From Eledone cirrhosa (lineage: Eukaryota), in NCBI GenBank assembly GCA_964016885.1, contig OZ024764.1:15004001-15068000 (forward strand): 64,000 nt of DNA, in the 5' to 3' direction. Shown one piece after another: positions 12,916 through 28,683 of the stretch. The position numbers were made by a program, and so were the translations under genes. Under the pieces are notes generated by a model. It ran no database searches, was not told the DNA's origin, and was given only the letters and a program-made list of their open reading frames with translations. Numbering within the stretch: the first letter of the stretch is position 1; each line of letters begins with the position of its first letter.

Positions 12916-13107
12916 CAATATATAAGCAGTTTTATAAATAAATTTGACGTACTACCAAACTAACTTTTTTAAATGGAAGTTGTTCAAAATTCTATGGTAC
13001 GTCAAATTTATGCCATATTTTTAATATGGTATCCCTGAAATATGTATAATGAAATAAATATGGTTTTATAAATATAGTTTCCATTTGTTTAATATCGTAT
13101 ATTAAAT

Positions 13108-13521
<414 letters not shown>

Positions 13522-13555
13522 TATATATAAAATATATAATATATATATAATATAT

Positions 13556-13620
<65 letters not shown>

Positions 13621-13788
13621 TATATATATATATATAAATAATATATATATATATATAAATAATATATATATATATAATATATATATATATAATATATAAA
13701 TATAATATATATATATAATATATATATATAATATATATATATATATAATATATATATATAATATATATATATATAATATATATATATA

Positions 13789-13883
<95 letters not shown>

Positions 13884-14348
13884 GCTGCTACAATAATTTC
13901 TATACTTTTCATTCTATTCATTTATATATACATATATATAGGAACGATCGACTTTCGTCAAATCGGACCGAGGGTACAATGTTTCCGTTGGTCTTTCAAA
14001 TTGCTGATACTAGGAATCAAACTCACAACCTTACGATTGCGAATCCAATTCTCTAACCACTCAGCCACACGCCTTCACGCCTTTATTTATATATATATAT
14101 AGACTTCTTATGTTATTTCAACTTAAAATCATTTTCCATATTTCTAATTAACTGACCAGGTGTTTCCTGAAATTCGTAAACACTACACCTGATATTCCCC
14201 CTCCACACACACACATGTATATCATGACTCATACACTGTTTACTTTCCTATTATTAATAATTTATTCTATCTACAATACATGCACCTTTGTTGAGTTGTA
14301 ATGCCACTACACAATAATTTCATTATTATTATTATTTACTGACCAGGT

Positions 14349-14381
<33 letters not shown>

Positions 14382-14594
14382 TGAAAGTGGATTTAACCAG
14401 TAATATTGTAGTAAGCTGTATTAAGCTTGATGAATTATTCAGTTATAAGGAGGTCCGCTGAAGGGTGCTGTTGTGAGAGTGTATGAAGATGGTGAAAACC
14501 TGCTACACCGTCCACCTCCACCTCACGGCCAGTCTAGATAGGAAACTCAAAAGGTGAAATGACTTTGGTTTAACAGTTGATTTATGAGTGTGTG

Positions 14595-14663
<69 letters not shown>

Positions 14664-14676
14664 ATATATATGTATG

Positions 14677-14786
<110 letters not shown>

Positions 14787-15388
14787 TATGTACATATATG
14801 TGTATATATATATACATATATATACATATATATACATATATGTATATATATGTATATATATGTATATATATGTACATATATATGTACGTATATACATATA
14901 CATGTACATATATATACATATATATACATATATATATATACATATATATGTACGTATATACATATACATGTACATATATATACATATATATACATATATA
15001 TATATACATATATATGTATATATATACATATATGTACATATATATGTATATGTATATATATATATGTATATATAAGTACATGTATGTGTACATATATATG
15101 TATATATATGTATTTATATGTATATATATGTACATATATATGTATATATATGTACATATATATACATATATATACATATATATGTACACATACATGTACT
15201 TATATATACACATATATATATATACATATATATGTGTATATATACATATATATACATATATATGTATATATATATGTATATATAAGTACATGTATGTGTA
15301 CATATATATGTATATATATGTATATATATGTATATATATGTACATATATATGTATATATATACATATATATGTACACATACATGTACT

Positions 15389-15442
<54 letters not shown>

Positions 15443-15570
15443 AAGTTATATTTTAAATTGTTGGGTTACAACTAGTAAATATTTATAACTGATATAAAAG
15501 CACTCGACAAATATTTGGAGTATATTTGCAATATTAAATAAATGGAAAACTATATTTATAAAACCATATT

Positions 15571-15636
15571 TATTTCATTATATATATTTCGGGGATATCA
15601 TATTAACAATATGCTATGCCTTCATCAGACAAAATA
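15571..15636 (-). ncRNA. Hammerhead ribozyme (family C); a second, plus-strand copy at 15723-15780 forms the fold-back
   Basis: TATTTTGT-CTGATGA-AGGCATAGCATATT-GTT-AATATGATATCCCC-GAAA-TATATA-TA-ATGAAATA. Confidence 0.75.
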
Positions 15637-15895
15637 CAATATAAACAGTTTTATAGATAAATATGAAGTTGAAGTTTATTACGGTATGTCGAATATATTT
15701 ATCTATAAAACTGTTTATATTGTATTTTGTCTGATGAAGGCATAGCATATTGTTAATATGATATCCCCGAAATATATATATATAATATTTCGAAAAACGT
15801 TGCAACCGAAAGAAAATAGGTAAATAGGAAAATATATATATATATAATATACATACATACATATATATGCAGAAATATATGGTGGAGAAAGCAAG

Positions 15896-15949
<54 letters not shown>

Positions 15950-16075
15950 ATATATATATATATACGCATATGTATATATATATGTGTATATGTGTATGTG
16001 TGTATATATATATATACGCATATGTATATATATGTGTGTGTATATATATATATATATATACATATATATACCAGT

Positions 16076-16424
16076 GGAGGCACATGGCTTAGTGGTTAGA
16101 GCATTGGCCTTGCAATCGAAAGGTTGTGAGTTCAATTCTCAGACCAGGTGATGTGTTGTTTCCTTGAGCAAGACACTTTATTTCACATTGCTCCAGTTTA
16201 CTCAACTGTAGAAATGAGATGATAAGGACTGGGGTCCATATCATTCCACTGCAAAGTGGTCGTGGAGGTGCCACGGCAAAAAAGCACCCAGCACTCACTG
16301 TAAATGAGGTTGGTGTTAGGAAGGGCAACCAGCTGTAGAGATCAAGCCAGAATCAGTTCCCGTCCCACCCTTGCAAGCAGGGAAAAAGTGGACGTTAAAT
16401 GAAATGATGATGATGATGATGATG
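16076..16424 (+). mobile_element. Full-length tRNA-derived CORE-type SINE (family S1) with RTE-derived 3' tail
   Basis: A box TGGCTTAGTGG, B box GAGTTCAATTC, CORE-like CCTTGAGCAAGACACTT...CTCCAGTTTACTCAACTGTAGAAATG. The tail matches the RTE 3' UTR and ends in (TGA)n. Other copies at 17851-18195(-), 51687-52036(+) and 55710-56108(-). Confidence 0.85.
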
Positions 16425-16457
16425 ATATACATACACACCCATATACACACACACACC

Positions 16458-16527
<70 letters not shown>

Positions 16528-16690
16528 CAGGAGAAATCTAAGTTTCTCAGTAAACCTAAAGAGAATTTCATCAACAATGGAATTTTCTTGATTTCATTCC
16601 AATTTTAGTCCAACCAAGATATTGTCCTCACAGATTTACATATAAATGACATATATATATACACACATATATATACACACACATACATAC

Positions 16691-16722
<32 letters not shown>

Positions 16723-16800
16723 ATTTGTCACCACTGAGCACATATATATATATACACACAGACACACATATATATATATATACACACACATATATACACT

Positions 16801-16869
<69 letters not shown>

Positions 16870-17755
16870 ATTCATTAGTTAAGCAAAACAAAACCACAAA
16901 CTTCACAAGGAAGACATTATTAAAAGATTGTCAACATATTTTAGTTTAATGTAAGGAATGTAGAGAATAATTGTTTCTACTTTAGGCACAAGGCCAGCAA
17001 TTACCCAGAGTGCATACTGGTACTTTATTTTATGTAGAGAATAATAATAATTGTTTCTACTTTTGGCACAAGGCCAGCAATTACCCAGTGTATTACTGGT
17101 ACTTTATTTTATCGACCCTGTAAGGATGAAAGGCAAATAGTAATGTCCGTTTACAATTATTTCGCTACTCCATATAATGTTTCTGGATCAATGTATATAT
17201 GTATATATGTATATGTATATATGTATATGTATGAGAGACGTAGAATAAAAAAATTAAAAAAAATTAACTTACTTACTAAAATATCACTTCCAACTAATTA
17301 GTTTCTGGAATGGAGTAAATATATTTTCCGAAGAAGACATAGAGAAACATTCCGTCGTCAGGGAAGACTATTCTCATCTAACTATCCAGGCAAAGCGTGG
17401 ACTCTTTATATGTATATGTATGTATATATATGTATGTATGTATATATGTATGTATACATATATATATATATATATATATACTGCAAAGTGGTCGTGGAGG
17501 TGCCACGGCAAAACCTGTAAATGAGGTTGGTGTTAGGAAGGGCATCCAGCTGTAGAAATCAAGCCAGAACCAGTTCCCGTCCCACCCTTGCAAGCAGGGA
17601 AAAGCGGACGTAAAATGAAATGAAATAGAGTTGACACTTTCCTATTGACAAGTGTTATCTGATGAGAAAATAATTTTTGTCCCAGGATGATGTTTTTTTC
17701 AAAATACACATAATAAAATATATGGAACCCTTTTAACCATCTTTTTAATTTCTTC

Positions 17756-17818
<63 letters not shown>

Positions 17819-18195
17819 CCTACTGGTAAGCAGCCTAACATACATGATATGTATCATCATCATCATTTCATTTTACGTCCACTTTTTCCCTGCTTGCAAG
17901 GGTGGGATGGGAACTGATTCTGGCATGATTTCTACAGCTGGATGCCCTTCCTAACACCAACCTCATTTACAGTGAGTGCTGGGTGCTTTTTTGCCGTGGC
18001 ACCTCCACGACCACTTTAGCAGTGGAATGATAGGGACCTCAGTCCCTATCATCTCATTTCTACAACTGAGTAAACTGGAGCAATGTGAAATAAAGTGTCT
18101 TGCTCAAGGAAACAACACATCACCCGGTCTGAGAATTGAACTCACAACCTTTCGATTGCAAGGCCAATGCTCTAACCACTAAGCCATGTGCCTCC

Positions 18196-18344
<149 letters not shown>

Positions 18345-18436
18345 TATATAAAAATATAAAAATGAGAAAACTGATCGCTAGAACAGCTGTTAAAACAGTT
18401 AAATGCTGTCAAAGACAGGGGTGGGCAAAAATGCCT

Positions 18437-19165
18437 CAGAGACCAGCGGCCAGTGGTCAACAGAGGGACAATCCACAAGGTGGGTGACAGGCAGATGAAA
18501 TATAATGTCTCAGAGGACACAGACCAGTGACCAGTGGTCAACAGAGAGTCAATCCACAAGGTGGGTGACAGGTAGATGAAATATAATGTCTCAGAGGACA
18601 CAGACCAGTGACCAGTGGTCAACAGAGAGTCAATCCACAAGGTGGGTGACAGGCAGATGATATATAATGTCTCAGAGGACAGAGACCAGAGACCAGTGGT
18701 CAACAGAGAGACAATCCACAAGGTGGGTGACAGGCAGATGATATATAATGTCTCAGAGGACAGAGACCAGCGACCAGTGGTCAACAGAGAGACAATCCAC
18801 AAGGTGGGTGACAGGTAGATGATATATAATGTCTCAGAGGACAGAGACCAGCGACCAGTGGTCAACAGAGAGACAATCCACAAGGTGGGTGACAGGCAGA
18901 TGATATATAATGTCTCAGAGGACAGAGACCAGCGACCAGTGGTCAACAGAGAGACAGTCCACAAGGTGGGTGACAGGAAGATGATATATAATGTCTCAGA
19001 GGACAGAGACCAGCGACCAGTGGTCAACAGAGAGACAATCCACAAGGTGGGTGACAGGCAGATGATATATAATGTCTCAGAGGACAGAGACCAGCGACCA
19101 GTGGTCAACAGAGAGACAGTCCACAAGGTGGGTGACAGGCAGATGAAATATAATACCTCAGAGGT
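18437..19165 (+). repeat. 81-bp tandem array (~9 copies)
   Basis: Unit CTCAGAGGACAGAGACCAGCGACCAGTGGTCAACAGAGAGACAATCCACAAGGTGGGTGACAGGCAGATGATATATAATGT, starting at 18509, 18590 and so on. Confidence 0.95.
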
Positions 19166-19689
19166 CAAAGACCATATATACGAGTATATACAGTATTTCC
19201 CGGCGCCGAAGACACCTCGTCCTCAAGGACCCTAACTCTAACCCTAACTTTGACAACCAAAAATTTGAAAAAATATAATTGTTTCTACTTTTGGCACAAG
19301 GCCAGCAATTATCCCAGTGTATTACTGGTACTTTATTTTATCGACACCGTAAGGATGAAAGGTAAAGTGGCTGGATTTGAACTCAGAATGTAAAGGGACG
19401 TAATTCTATGCTGCAAAGCATGGCATCTGACCCTCTACCGATACTGCCAATCCACCTGTAAATGCCAAAAAATATAATAAACAACCTTCAGCTTCCAGGA
19501 TGCATGGTAGATTTTTGAGGTTTATTTTAGGAAAAAAGTAGGGTCTTCGACACCAGGAGATAGTTTACCCTTACTCCAGCCACTCGCACTCCCACAACAC
19601 CACCCCTTTCCCTGTAAAGTTATGTTGGTACCACAGCATCCAATCCAAAATAAGTGATGTCGTGTAGGTGTCACAACAAAATAACACAC

Positions 19690-22600
19690 AGTCCACACTG
19701 TAAAGTGGTCCTGTAGGTAACACAGTAAAAACCTCCCAGTCGACACTGTAAAGTGGTCCTGTAGGTAACAGTAAAAACCTCCCAGTCGACACTATAAAGT
19801 GGTCCTGTAGGTAACATGGTAAAAACCTCCCAGTCGACACTGTAAAGTGGTCCTGTAGGTAACACAGTAAAAACCTCCCAGTCCACACTGTAAAGTGGTC
19901 CTGTAGGTAACACAGTAAAAACCTCCCCCAGTCCACACTGTAAAGTGGTCCTGTAGGTAACACAGTAAAAACCTCCCAGTCGACACTGTAAAGTGGTCCT
20001 GTAGGTAACATGTAAAACCTCCCAGTCGACACTGTAAAGTGGTCCTGTAGGTAACACTGGTAAAAACCTCCCAGTCGACACTGTAAAGTGGTCCTGTAGG
20101 TAACATGGTAAAAACCTCCCAGTCGACACTGTAAAGTGGTCCTGTAGGTAACACAGTAAAAACCTCCCAGTCGACACTGTAAAGTGGTCCTGTAGGTAAC
20201 ACAGTAAAAAACCTCCCAGTCCACACTGTAAAGTGGTCCTGTAGGTAACACAGTAAAAACCTCCCAGTCCACACTGTAAAGTGGTCCTGTAGGTAACACA
20301 GTAAAAACCTCCCAGTCGACACTGTAAAGTGGTCCTGTAGGTAACACAGTAAAAACCTCCCAGTCGACACTGTAAAGTGGTCCTGTAGGTAACACAGTAA
20401 AAACCTCCCAGTCGACACTGTAAAGTGGTCCTGTAGGTAACACAGTAAAAACCTCCCAGTCCGACACTGTAAAGTGGTCCTGTAGGTAACATGGTAAAAA
20501 CCTCCCAGTCGACACTGTAAAGTGGTCCTGTAGGTAACACTGTAAAAACCTCCCAGTCGACACTGTAAAGTGGTCCTGTAGGTAACACAGGTAAAAACCT
20601 CCCAGTCGACACTGTAAAGTGGTCCTGTAGGTAACACAGGTAAAAACCTCCCAGTCGACACTGTAAAGTGGTCCTGTAGGTAACACAGGTAAAAACCTCC
20701 CAGTCGACACTGTAAAGTGGTCCTGTAGGTAACACGGTAAAAACCTCCAGTCGACACTGTAAAGTGGTCCTGTAGGTAACATGTAAAAACCTCCCAGTCG
20801 ACACTGTAAAGTGGTCCTGTAGGTAACACGGTAAAAACCTCCCAGTCGACACTGTAAAGTGGTCCTGTAGGTAACATGGTAAAAACCTCCCAGTCGACAC
20901 TGTAAAGTGGTCCTGTAGGTAACATGGTAAAAACCTCCCAGTCGACACTGTAAAGTGGTCCTGTAGGTAACACGGTAAAAACCTCCCAGTCGACACTGTA
21001 AAGTGGTCCTGTAGGTAACATGGTAAAAACCTCCCAGTCGACACTGTAAAGTGGTCCTGTAGGTAACACGGTAAAAACCTCCCAGTCGACACTGTAAAGT
21101 GGTCCTGTAGGTAACATGGTAAAAACCTCCCAGTCGACACTGTAAAGTGGTCCTGTAGGTAACATGGTAAAAACCTCCCAGTCGACACTGTAAAGTGGTC
21201 CTGTAGGTAACATGGTAAAAACCTCCCAGTCGACACTGTAAAGTGGTCCTGTAGGTAACACAGTAAAAACCTCCCAGTCGACACTATAAAGTGGTCCTGT
21301 AGGTAACATGGTAAAAACCTCCCAGTCGACACTGTAAAGTGGTCCTGTAGGTAACATGGTAAAAACCTCCCAGTCGACACTGTAAAGTGGTCCTGTAGGT
21401 AACATGGTAAAAACCTCCCAGTCGACACTGTAAAGTGGTCCTGTAGGTAACATGGTAAAAACCTCCCAGTCGACACTGTAAAGTGGTCCTGTAGGTAACA
21501 CAGTAAAAACCTCCCAGTCGACACTATAAAGTGGTCCTGTAGGTAACATGGTAAAAACCTCCCAGTCGACACTGTAAAGTGGTCCTGTAGGTAACACGGT
21601 AAAAACCTCCCAGTCGACACTGTAAAGTGGTCCTGTAGGTAACACAGTAAAAACCTCCCAGTCGACACTATAAAGTGGTCCTGTAGGTAACATGGTAAAA
21701 ACCTCCCAGTCGACACTGTAAAGTGGTCCTGTAGGTAACATGGTAAAAACCTCCCAGTCGACACTGTAAAGTGGTCCTGTAGGTAACATGGTAAAAACCT
21801 CCCAGTCGACACTGTAAAGTGGTCCTGTAGGTAACATGGTAAAAACCTCCCAGTCGACACTGTAAAGTGGTCCTGTAGGTAACACGGTAAAAACCTCCCA
21901 GTCGACACTGTAAAGTGGTCCTGTAGGTAACATGGTAAAAACCTCCCAGTCGACACTGTAAAGTGGTCCTGTAGGTAACACAGTAAAAACCTCCCAGTCC
22001 GACACTGTAAAGTGGTCCTGTAGGTAACATGGTAAAAACCTCCCAGTCGACACTGTAAAGTGGTCCTGTAGGTAACATGGTAAAAACCTCCCAGTCGACA
22101 CTGTAAAGTGGTCCTGTAGGTAACATGGTAAAAACCTCCCAGTCGACACTGTAAAGTGGTCCTGTAGGTAACATGGTAAAAACCTCCCAGTCGACACTGT
22201 AAAGTGGTCCTGTAGGGTAACACAGTAAAAACCTCCCAGTCGACACTGTAAAGTGGTCCTGTAGGTAACACAGTAAAAACCTCCCAGTCCACACTGTAAA
22301 GTGGTCCTGTAGGTAACACAGTAAAAACCTCCCAGTCCACACTGTAAAGTGGTCCTGTAGGTAACACAGTAAAAACCTCCCAGTCGACACTGTAAAGTGG
22401 TCCTGTAGGTAACATGGTAAAAACCTCCCAGTCGACACTGTAAAGTGGTCCTGTAGGTAACACAGTAAAAACCTCCCAGTCCACACTGTAAAGTGGTCCT
22501 GTAGGTAACACAGTAAAAACCTCCCAGTCCACACTGTAAAGTGGTCCTGTAGGTAACACAGTAAAAACCTCCCAGTCGACACTGTAAAGTGGTCCTGTAG

Positions 22601-25600
22601 GTAACACAGTAAAAACCTCCCAGTCGACACTATAAAGTGGTCCTGTAGGTAACACGGTAAAAACCTCCCAGTCGACACTGTAAAGTGGTCCTGTAGGTAA
22701 CATGGTAAAAACCTCCCAGTCGACACTGTAAAGTGGTCCTGTAGGTAACATGGTAAAAACCTCCCAGTCGACACTGTAAAGTGGTCCTGTAGGTAACACG
22801 GTAAAAACCTCCCAGTCGACACTGTAAAGTGGTCCTGTAGGTAACATGGTAAAAACCTCCCAGTCGACACTGTAAAGTGGTCCTGTAGGTAACACGGTAA
22901 AAACCTCCCAGTCGACACTGTAAAGTGGTCCTGTAGGTAACATGGTAAAAACCTCCCAGTCGACACTGTAAAGTGGTCCTGTAGGTAACATGGTAAAAAC
23001 CTCCCAGTCGACACTGTAAAGTGGTCCTGTAGGTAACACGGTAAAAACCTCCCAGTCGACACTGTAAAGTGGTCCTGTAGGTAACATGGTAAAAACCTCC
23101 CAGTCGACACTGTAAAGTGGTCCTGTAGGTAACATGGTAAAAACCTCCCAGTCGACACTGTAAAGTGGTCCTGTAGGTAACATGGTAAAAACCTCCCAGT
23201 CGACACTGTAAAGTGGTCCTGTAGGTAACACAGTAAAAACCTCCCAGTCGACACTATAAAGTGGTCCTGTAGGTAACATGGTAAAAACCTCCCAGTCGAC
23301 ACTGTAAAGTGGTCCTGTAGGTAACATGGTAAAAACCTCCCAGTCGACACTGTAAAGTGGTCCTGTAGGTAACATGGTAAAAACCTCCCAGTCGACACTG
23401 TAAAGTGGTCCTGTAGGTAACATGGTAAAAACCTCCCAGTCGACACTGTAAAGTGGTCCTGTAGGTAACACAGTAAAAACCTCCCAGTCGACACTGTAAA
23501 GTGGTCCTGTAGGTAACATGGTAAAAACCTCCCAGTCGACACTGTAAAGTGGTCCTGTAGGTAACACGGTAAAAACCTCCCAGTCGACACTGTAAAGTGG
23601 TCCTGTAGGTAACACAGTAAAAACCTCCCAGTCGACACTATAAAGTGGTCCTGTAGGTAACATGGTAAAAACCTCCCAGTCGACACTGTAAAGTGGTCCT
23701 GTAGGTAACATGGTAAAAACCTCCCAGTCGACACTGTAAAGTGGTCCTGTAGGTAACATGGTAAAAACCTCCCAGTCGACACTGTAAAGTGGTCCTGTAG
23801 GTAACATGGTAAAAACCTCCCAGTCGACACTGTAAAGTGGTCCTGTAGGTAACACGGTAAAAACCTCCCAGTCGACACTGTAAAGTGGTCCTGTAGGTAA
23901 CATGGTAAAAACCTCCCAGTCGACACTGTAAAGTGGTCCTGTAGGTAACACAGTAAAAACCTCCCAGTCCACACTGTAAAGTGGTCCTGTAGGTAACATG
24001 GTAAAAACCTCCCAGTCGACACTGTAAAGTGGTCCTGTAGGTAACACAGTAAAAACCTCCCAGTCGACACTGTAAAGTGGTCCTGTAGGTAACATGGTAA
24101 AAACCTCCCAGTCGACACTGTAAAGTGGTCCTGTAGGTAACATGGTAAAAACCTCCCAGTCGACACTGTAAAGTGGTCCTGTAGGTAACATGGTAAAAAC
24201 CTCCCAGTCGACACTGTAAAGTGGTCCTGTAGGTAACACGGTAAAAACCTCCCAGTCGACACTGTAAAGTGGTCCTGTAGGTAACATGGTAAAAACCTCC
24301 CAGTCGACACTGTAAAGTGGTCCTGTAGGTAACACAGTAAAAACCTCCCAGTCCACACTGTAAAGTGGTCCTGTAGGTAACATGGTAAAAACCTCCCAGT
24401 CGACACTGTAAAGTGGTCCTGTAGGTAACACAGTAAAAACCTCCCAGTCGACACTGTAAAGTGGTCCTGTAGGTAACATGGTAAAAACCTCCCAGTCGAC
24501 ACTGTAAAGTGGTCCTGTAGGTAACATGGTAAAAACCTCCCAGTCGACACTGTAAAGTGGTCCTGTAGGTAACATGGTAAAAACCTCCCAGTCGACACTG
24601 TAAAGTGGTCCTGTAGGTAACATGGTAAAAACCTCCCAGTCGACACTGTAAAGTGGTCCTGTAGGTAACATGGTAAAAACCTCCCAGTCGACACTGTAAA
24701 GTGGTCCTGTAGGTAACATGGTAAAAACCTCCCAGTCGACACTGTAAAGTGGTCCTGTAGGTAACATAGTAAAAACCTCCCAGTCGACACTGTAAAGTGG
24801 TCCTGTAGGTAACATGGTAAAAACCTCCCAGTCGACACTGTAAAGTGGTCCTGTAGGTAACATGGTAAAAACCTCCCAGTCGACACTGTAAAGTGGTCCC
24901 TGTAGGTAACATAGTAAAAACCTCCCAGTCGACACTGTAAAGTGGTCCTGTAGGTAACATGGTAAAAACCTCCCAGTCGACACTGTAAAGTGGTCCTGTA
25001 GATAACACAGTAAAAACCTCCCAGTCGACACTGTAAAGTGGTCCTGTAGGTAACATGGTAAAAACCTCCCAGTCGACACTGTAAAGTGGTCCTGTAGGTA
25101 ACATGGTAAAAACCTCCCAGTCGACACTGTAAAGTGGTCCTGTAGGTAACATAGTAAAAACCTCCCAGTCGACACTGTAAAGTGGTCCTGTAGGTAACAT
25201 GGTAAAAACCTCCCAGTCGACACTGTAAAGTGGTCCTGTAGGTAACACAGTAAAAACCTCCCAGTCGACACTATAAAGTGGTCCTGTAGGTAACATGGTA
25301 AAAACCTCCCAGTCGACACTGTAAAGTGGTCCTGTAGGTAACATGGTAAAAACCTCCCAGTCGACACTGTAAAGTGGTCCTGTAGGTAACATGGTAAAAA
25401 CCTCCCAGTCGACACTGTAAAGTGGTCCTGTAGGATACACAGTAAAAACCTCCCAGTCGACACTGTAAAGTGGTCCTGTAGGTAACATGGTAAAAACCTC
25501 CCAGTCGACACTGTAAAGTGGTCCTGTAGGTAACACGGTAAAAACCTCCCAGTCGACACTGTAAAGTGGTCCTGTAGGTAACATGGTAAAAACCTCCCAG

Positions 25601-25710
25601 TCGACACTGTAAAGTGGTACTGTAGGTAACACAGTAAAAACCTCCCAGTCCACACTGTAAAGTGGTCCTGTAGGTAACATGGTAAAGAGTACCCAGCCCA
25701 CACTGTAAAC
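19690..25710 (+). repeat. 48-bp tandem array (~125 copies) expanded inside an RTE-type 3' UTR element
   Basis: Unit AAAAACCTCCCAGTCGACACTGTAAAGTGGTCCTGTAGGTAACATGGT. It runs directly into GGTTGGTGTTAGGAAGGGCATCCAGC...(GAT)n at 25710-25870. Confidence 0.96.
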
Positions 25711-25974
25711 ATGGTTGGTGTTAGGAAGGGCATCCAGCCATAGAAAACCTGCCAGATAGTGCTATATAAGCGAGACACGGTCTCTCAACCAATCTTGCCT
25801 CAAGTGGGACAATTCCCGTCTAACCCATGCTAGAGTGGAAGATAGACGTTAAATGATGATGATGATGATGACGAAAAATATGGTAAAGAAAGGGGTGAAG
25901 GTGCCAGTCAGGTGTCATAGAAGCAGTGGGTTGATTACTGTAGGGTTAATGGGGTGTCACAAAATATCTACTTT

Positions 25975-26047
25975 AGTCTCTCATTCTTTCTCTCTCTGAT
26001 TTCTCTCTGCCTTTCTTTGTCTGTCTCTTTTTCTTTGTTCTTCTCTA

Positions 26048-26078
<31 letters not shown>

Positions 26079-26440
26079 GTCTCTTATTCTGTGCTCCTCC
26101 CTCTGTCTTCCCTTCTCTCTTTATCTGTTTCTCTCTCTCTTTGCCTCACACTCTTTGTCCCTCTCTCTCTCTCTCTCTGGGTTCCTCCCCCTCTCTCTTT
26201 GCCTTACACTCTTTGTCCCTCCCTCTCTCTCTTTGGCTCACACTCTTTGTCCCTCTCTCTCTCACTCTCTTTGTCCCTCTCTCTCACTCTTTGTCCCTCT
26301 CTCTCACTCTCTTTGTCCCTCTCTCTCACTCTCTTTGCCTTTTTCTTTGTTCTCTCCCTCTTTTTGCCCCTTACCCGCTGTCTCTCCTCTCTCTCTCTCT
26401 CACTTTATCCCCTCCTCTCTCTCTGTTTCTCTCTCTCTCT
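25975..26440 (+). repeat. Polypyrimidine (CT)n-rich tract
   Basis: Direct reading. Confidence 0.9.
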
Positions 26441-26933
26441 TATCATTGATAAGGTTACATGTCGCACAAAATATCAGGTGTCACAAATACACTCAGCAGT
26501 AACAAATGAGATACCACTTGATACCAGTAACCAAACCAGCTGGAACTGGTTGCTATACAATACCACAAAGAAGATTATATCTCTTTATTTCTTTATTTCC
26601 TTTCATTCATTCTTTTGTCCTTTCATTCTTTCTTTCTTTATTTATTTACCATTCGTCCAGCTCCCACCATCGTTCTCCATCACACCTTCTCTGTCAGTCT
26701 CTGTGTCTACAGGAAGATGGAAAAGATATATGTATACATTTATCTCTCTCTCTATATATATATATATATATAGGAAAAAGTATGACCCCGACGGCAGAGC
26801 TCAAGCCGTCGAGTTTAAACATTTTCCTATTACCCACTATACTACCCTAAGTATTGAGTACTCTGGTGCGTTATGGTCCACCTGGTTCCTTACCACACAT
26901 CCTTTGTTATATATATATATATATATATGTATA

Positions 26934-26980
<47 letters not shown>

Positions 26981-27027
26981 GTATATATATATATGTGTGT
27001 ATATATGTATATATATATATATACATA

Positions 27028-27156
<129 letters not shown>

Positions 27157-27163
27157 GTATATG

Positions 27164-27257
<94 letters not shown>

Positions 27258-27385
27258 CATGTATATATATATATATATATACATATATAAATGTATATAT
27301 ATGTATATATACATATATATATGTATGTATATATATATATATACATATATAAATGTATATATATGTATATATATATATATACCTA

Positions 27386-27416
<31 letters not shown>

Positions 27417-27461
27417 GTATTGGTTGGTAGAGTCCATAACACCAATCAAACCCCTTTTATA

Positions 27462-27508
27462 GCTCTGATGAATCCTACGGTTACACGTAAGGAAGAAACA
27501 TTGTTAGC
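27462..27508 (+). ncRNA. Hammerhead motif, diverged family A member
   Basis: GCT-CTGATGA-A-TCCTACG-GTTACA-CGTAAGGA-A-GAAA-CATTG-TT-AGC-CAATAAAAA. Stem II is a different sequence that still pairs. Bounded by (TA)n. Confidence 0.7.
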
Positions 27509-27552
27509 CAATAAAAATCTTTTGATGTTGTAGACGCTCTTGTTCTTTTTCA

Positions 27553-28683
<1,131 letters not shown>

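Noticed and set aside
16076-16150. tRNA gene-like sequence
   Set aside because: SINE head that continues into CORE-like and RTE-derived sequence; multiple diverged copies.
17325-17365. CCGAAGA...GAAACATTCCGTC, plus CTGAAGA hits at 55624 and 61692 and CTTAAGA...GTCGAAAG at 9814
   Set aside because: Stems I/II or the GAAA and NUH elements cannot be completed, so they are not counted as ribozymes.
19571-25778. 2035-aa and other long minus-strand ORFs
   Set aside because: Products of a stop-poor 48-bp unit. Several frames are open and frameshifts pass between them freely.
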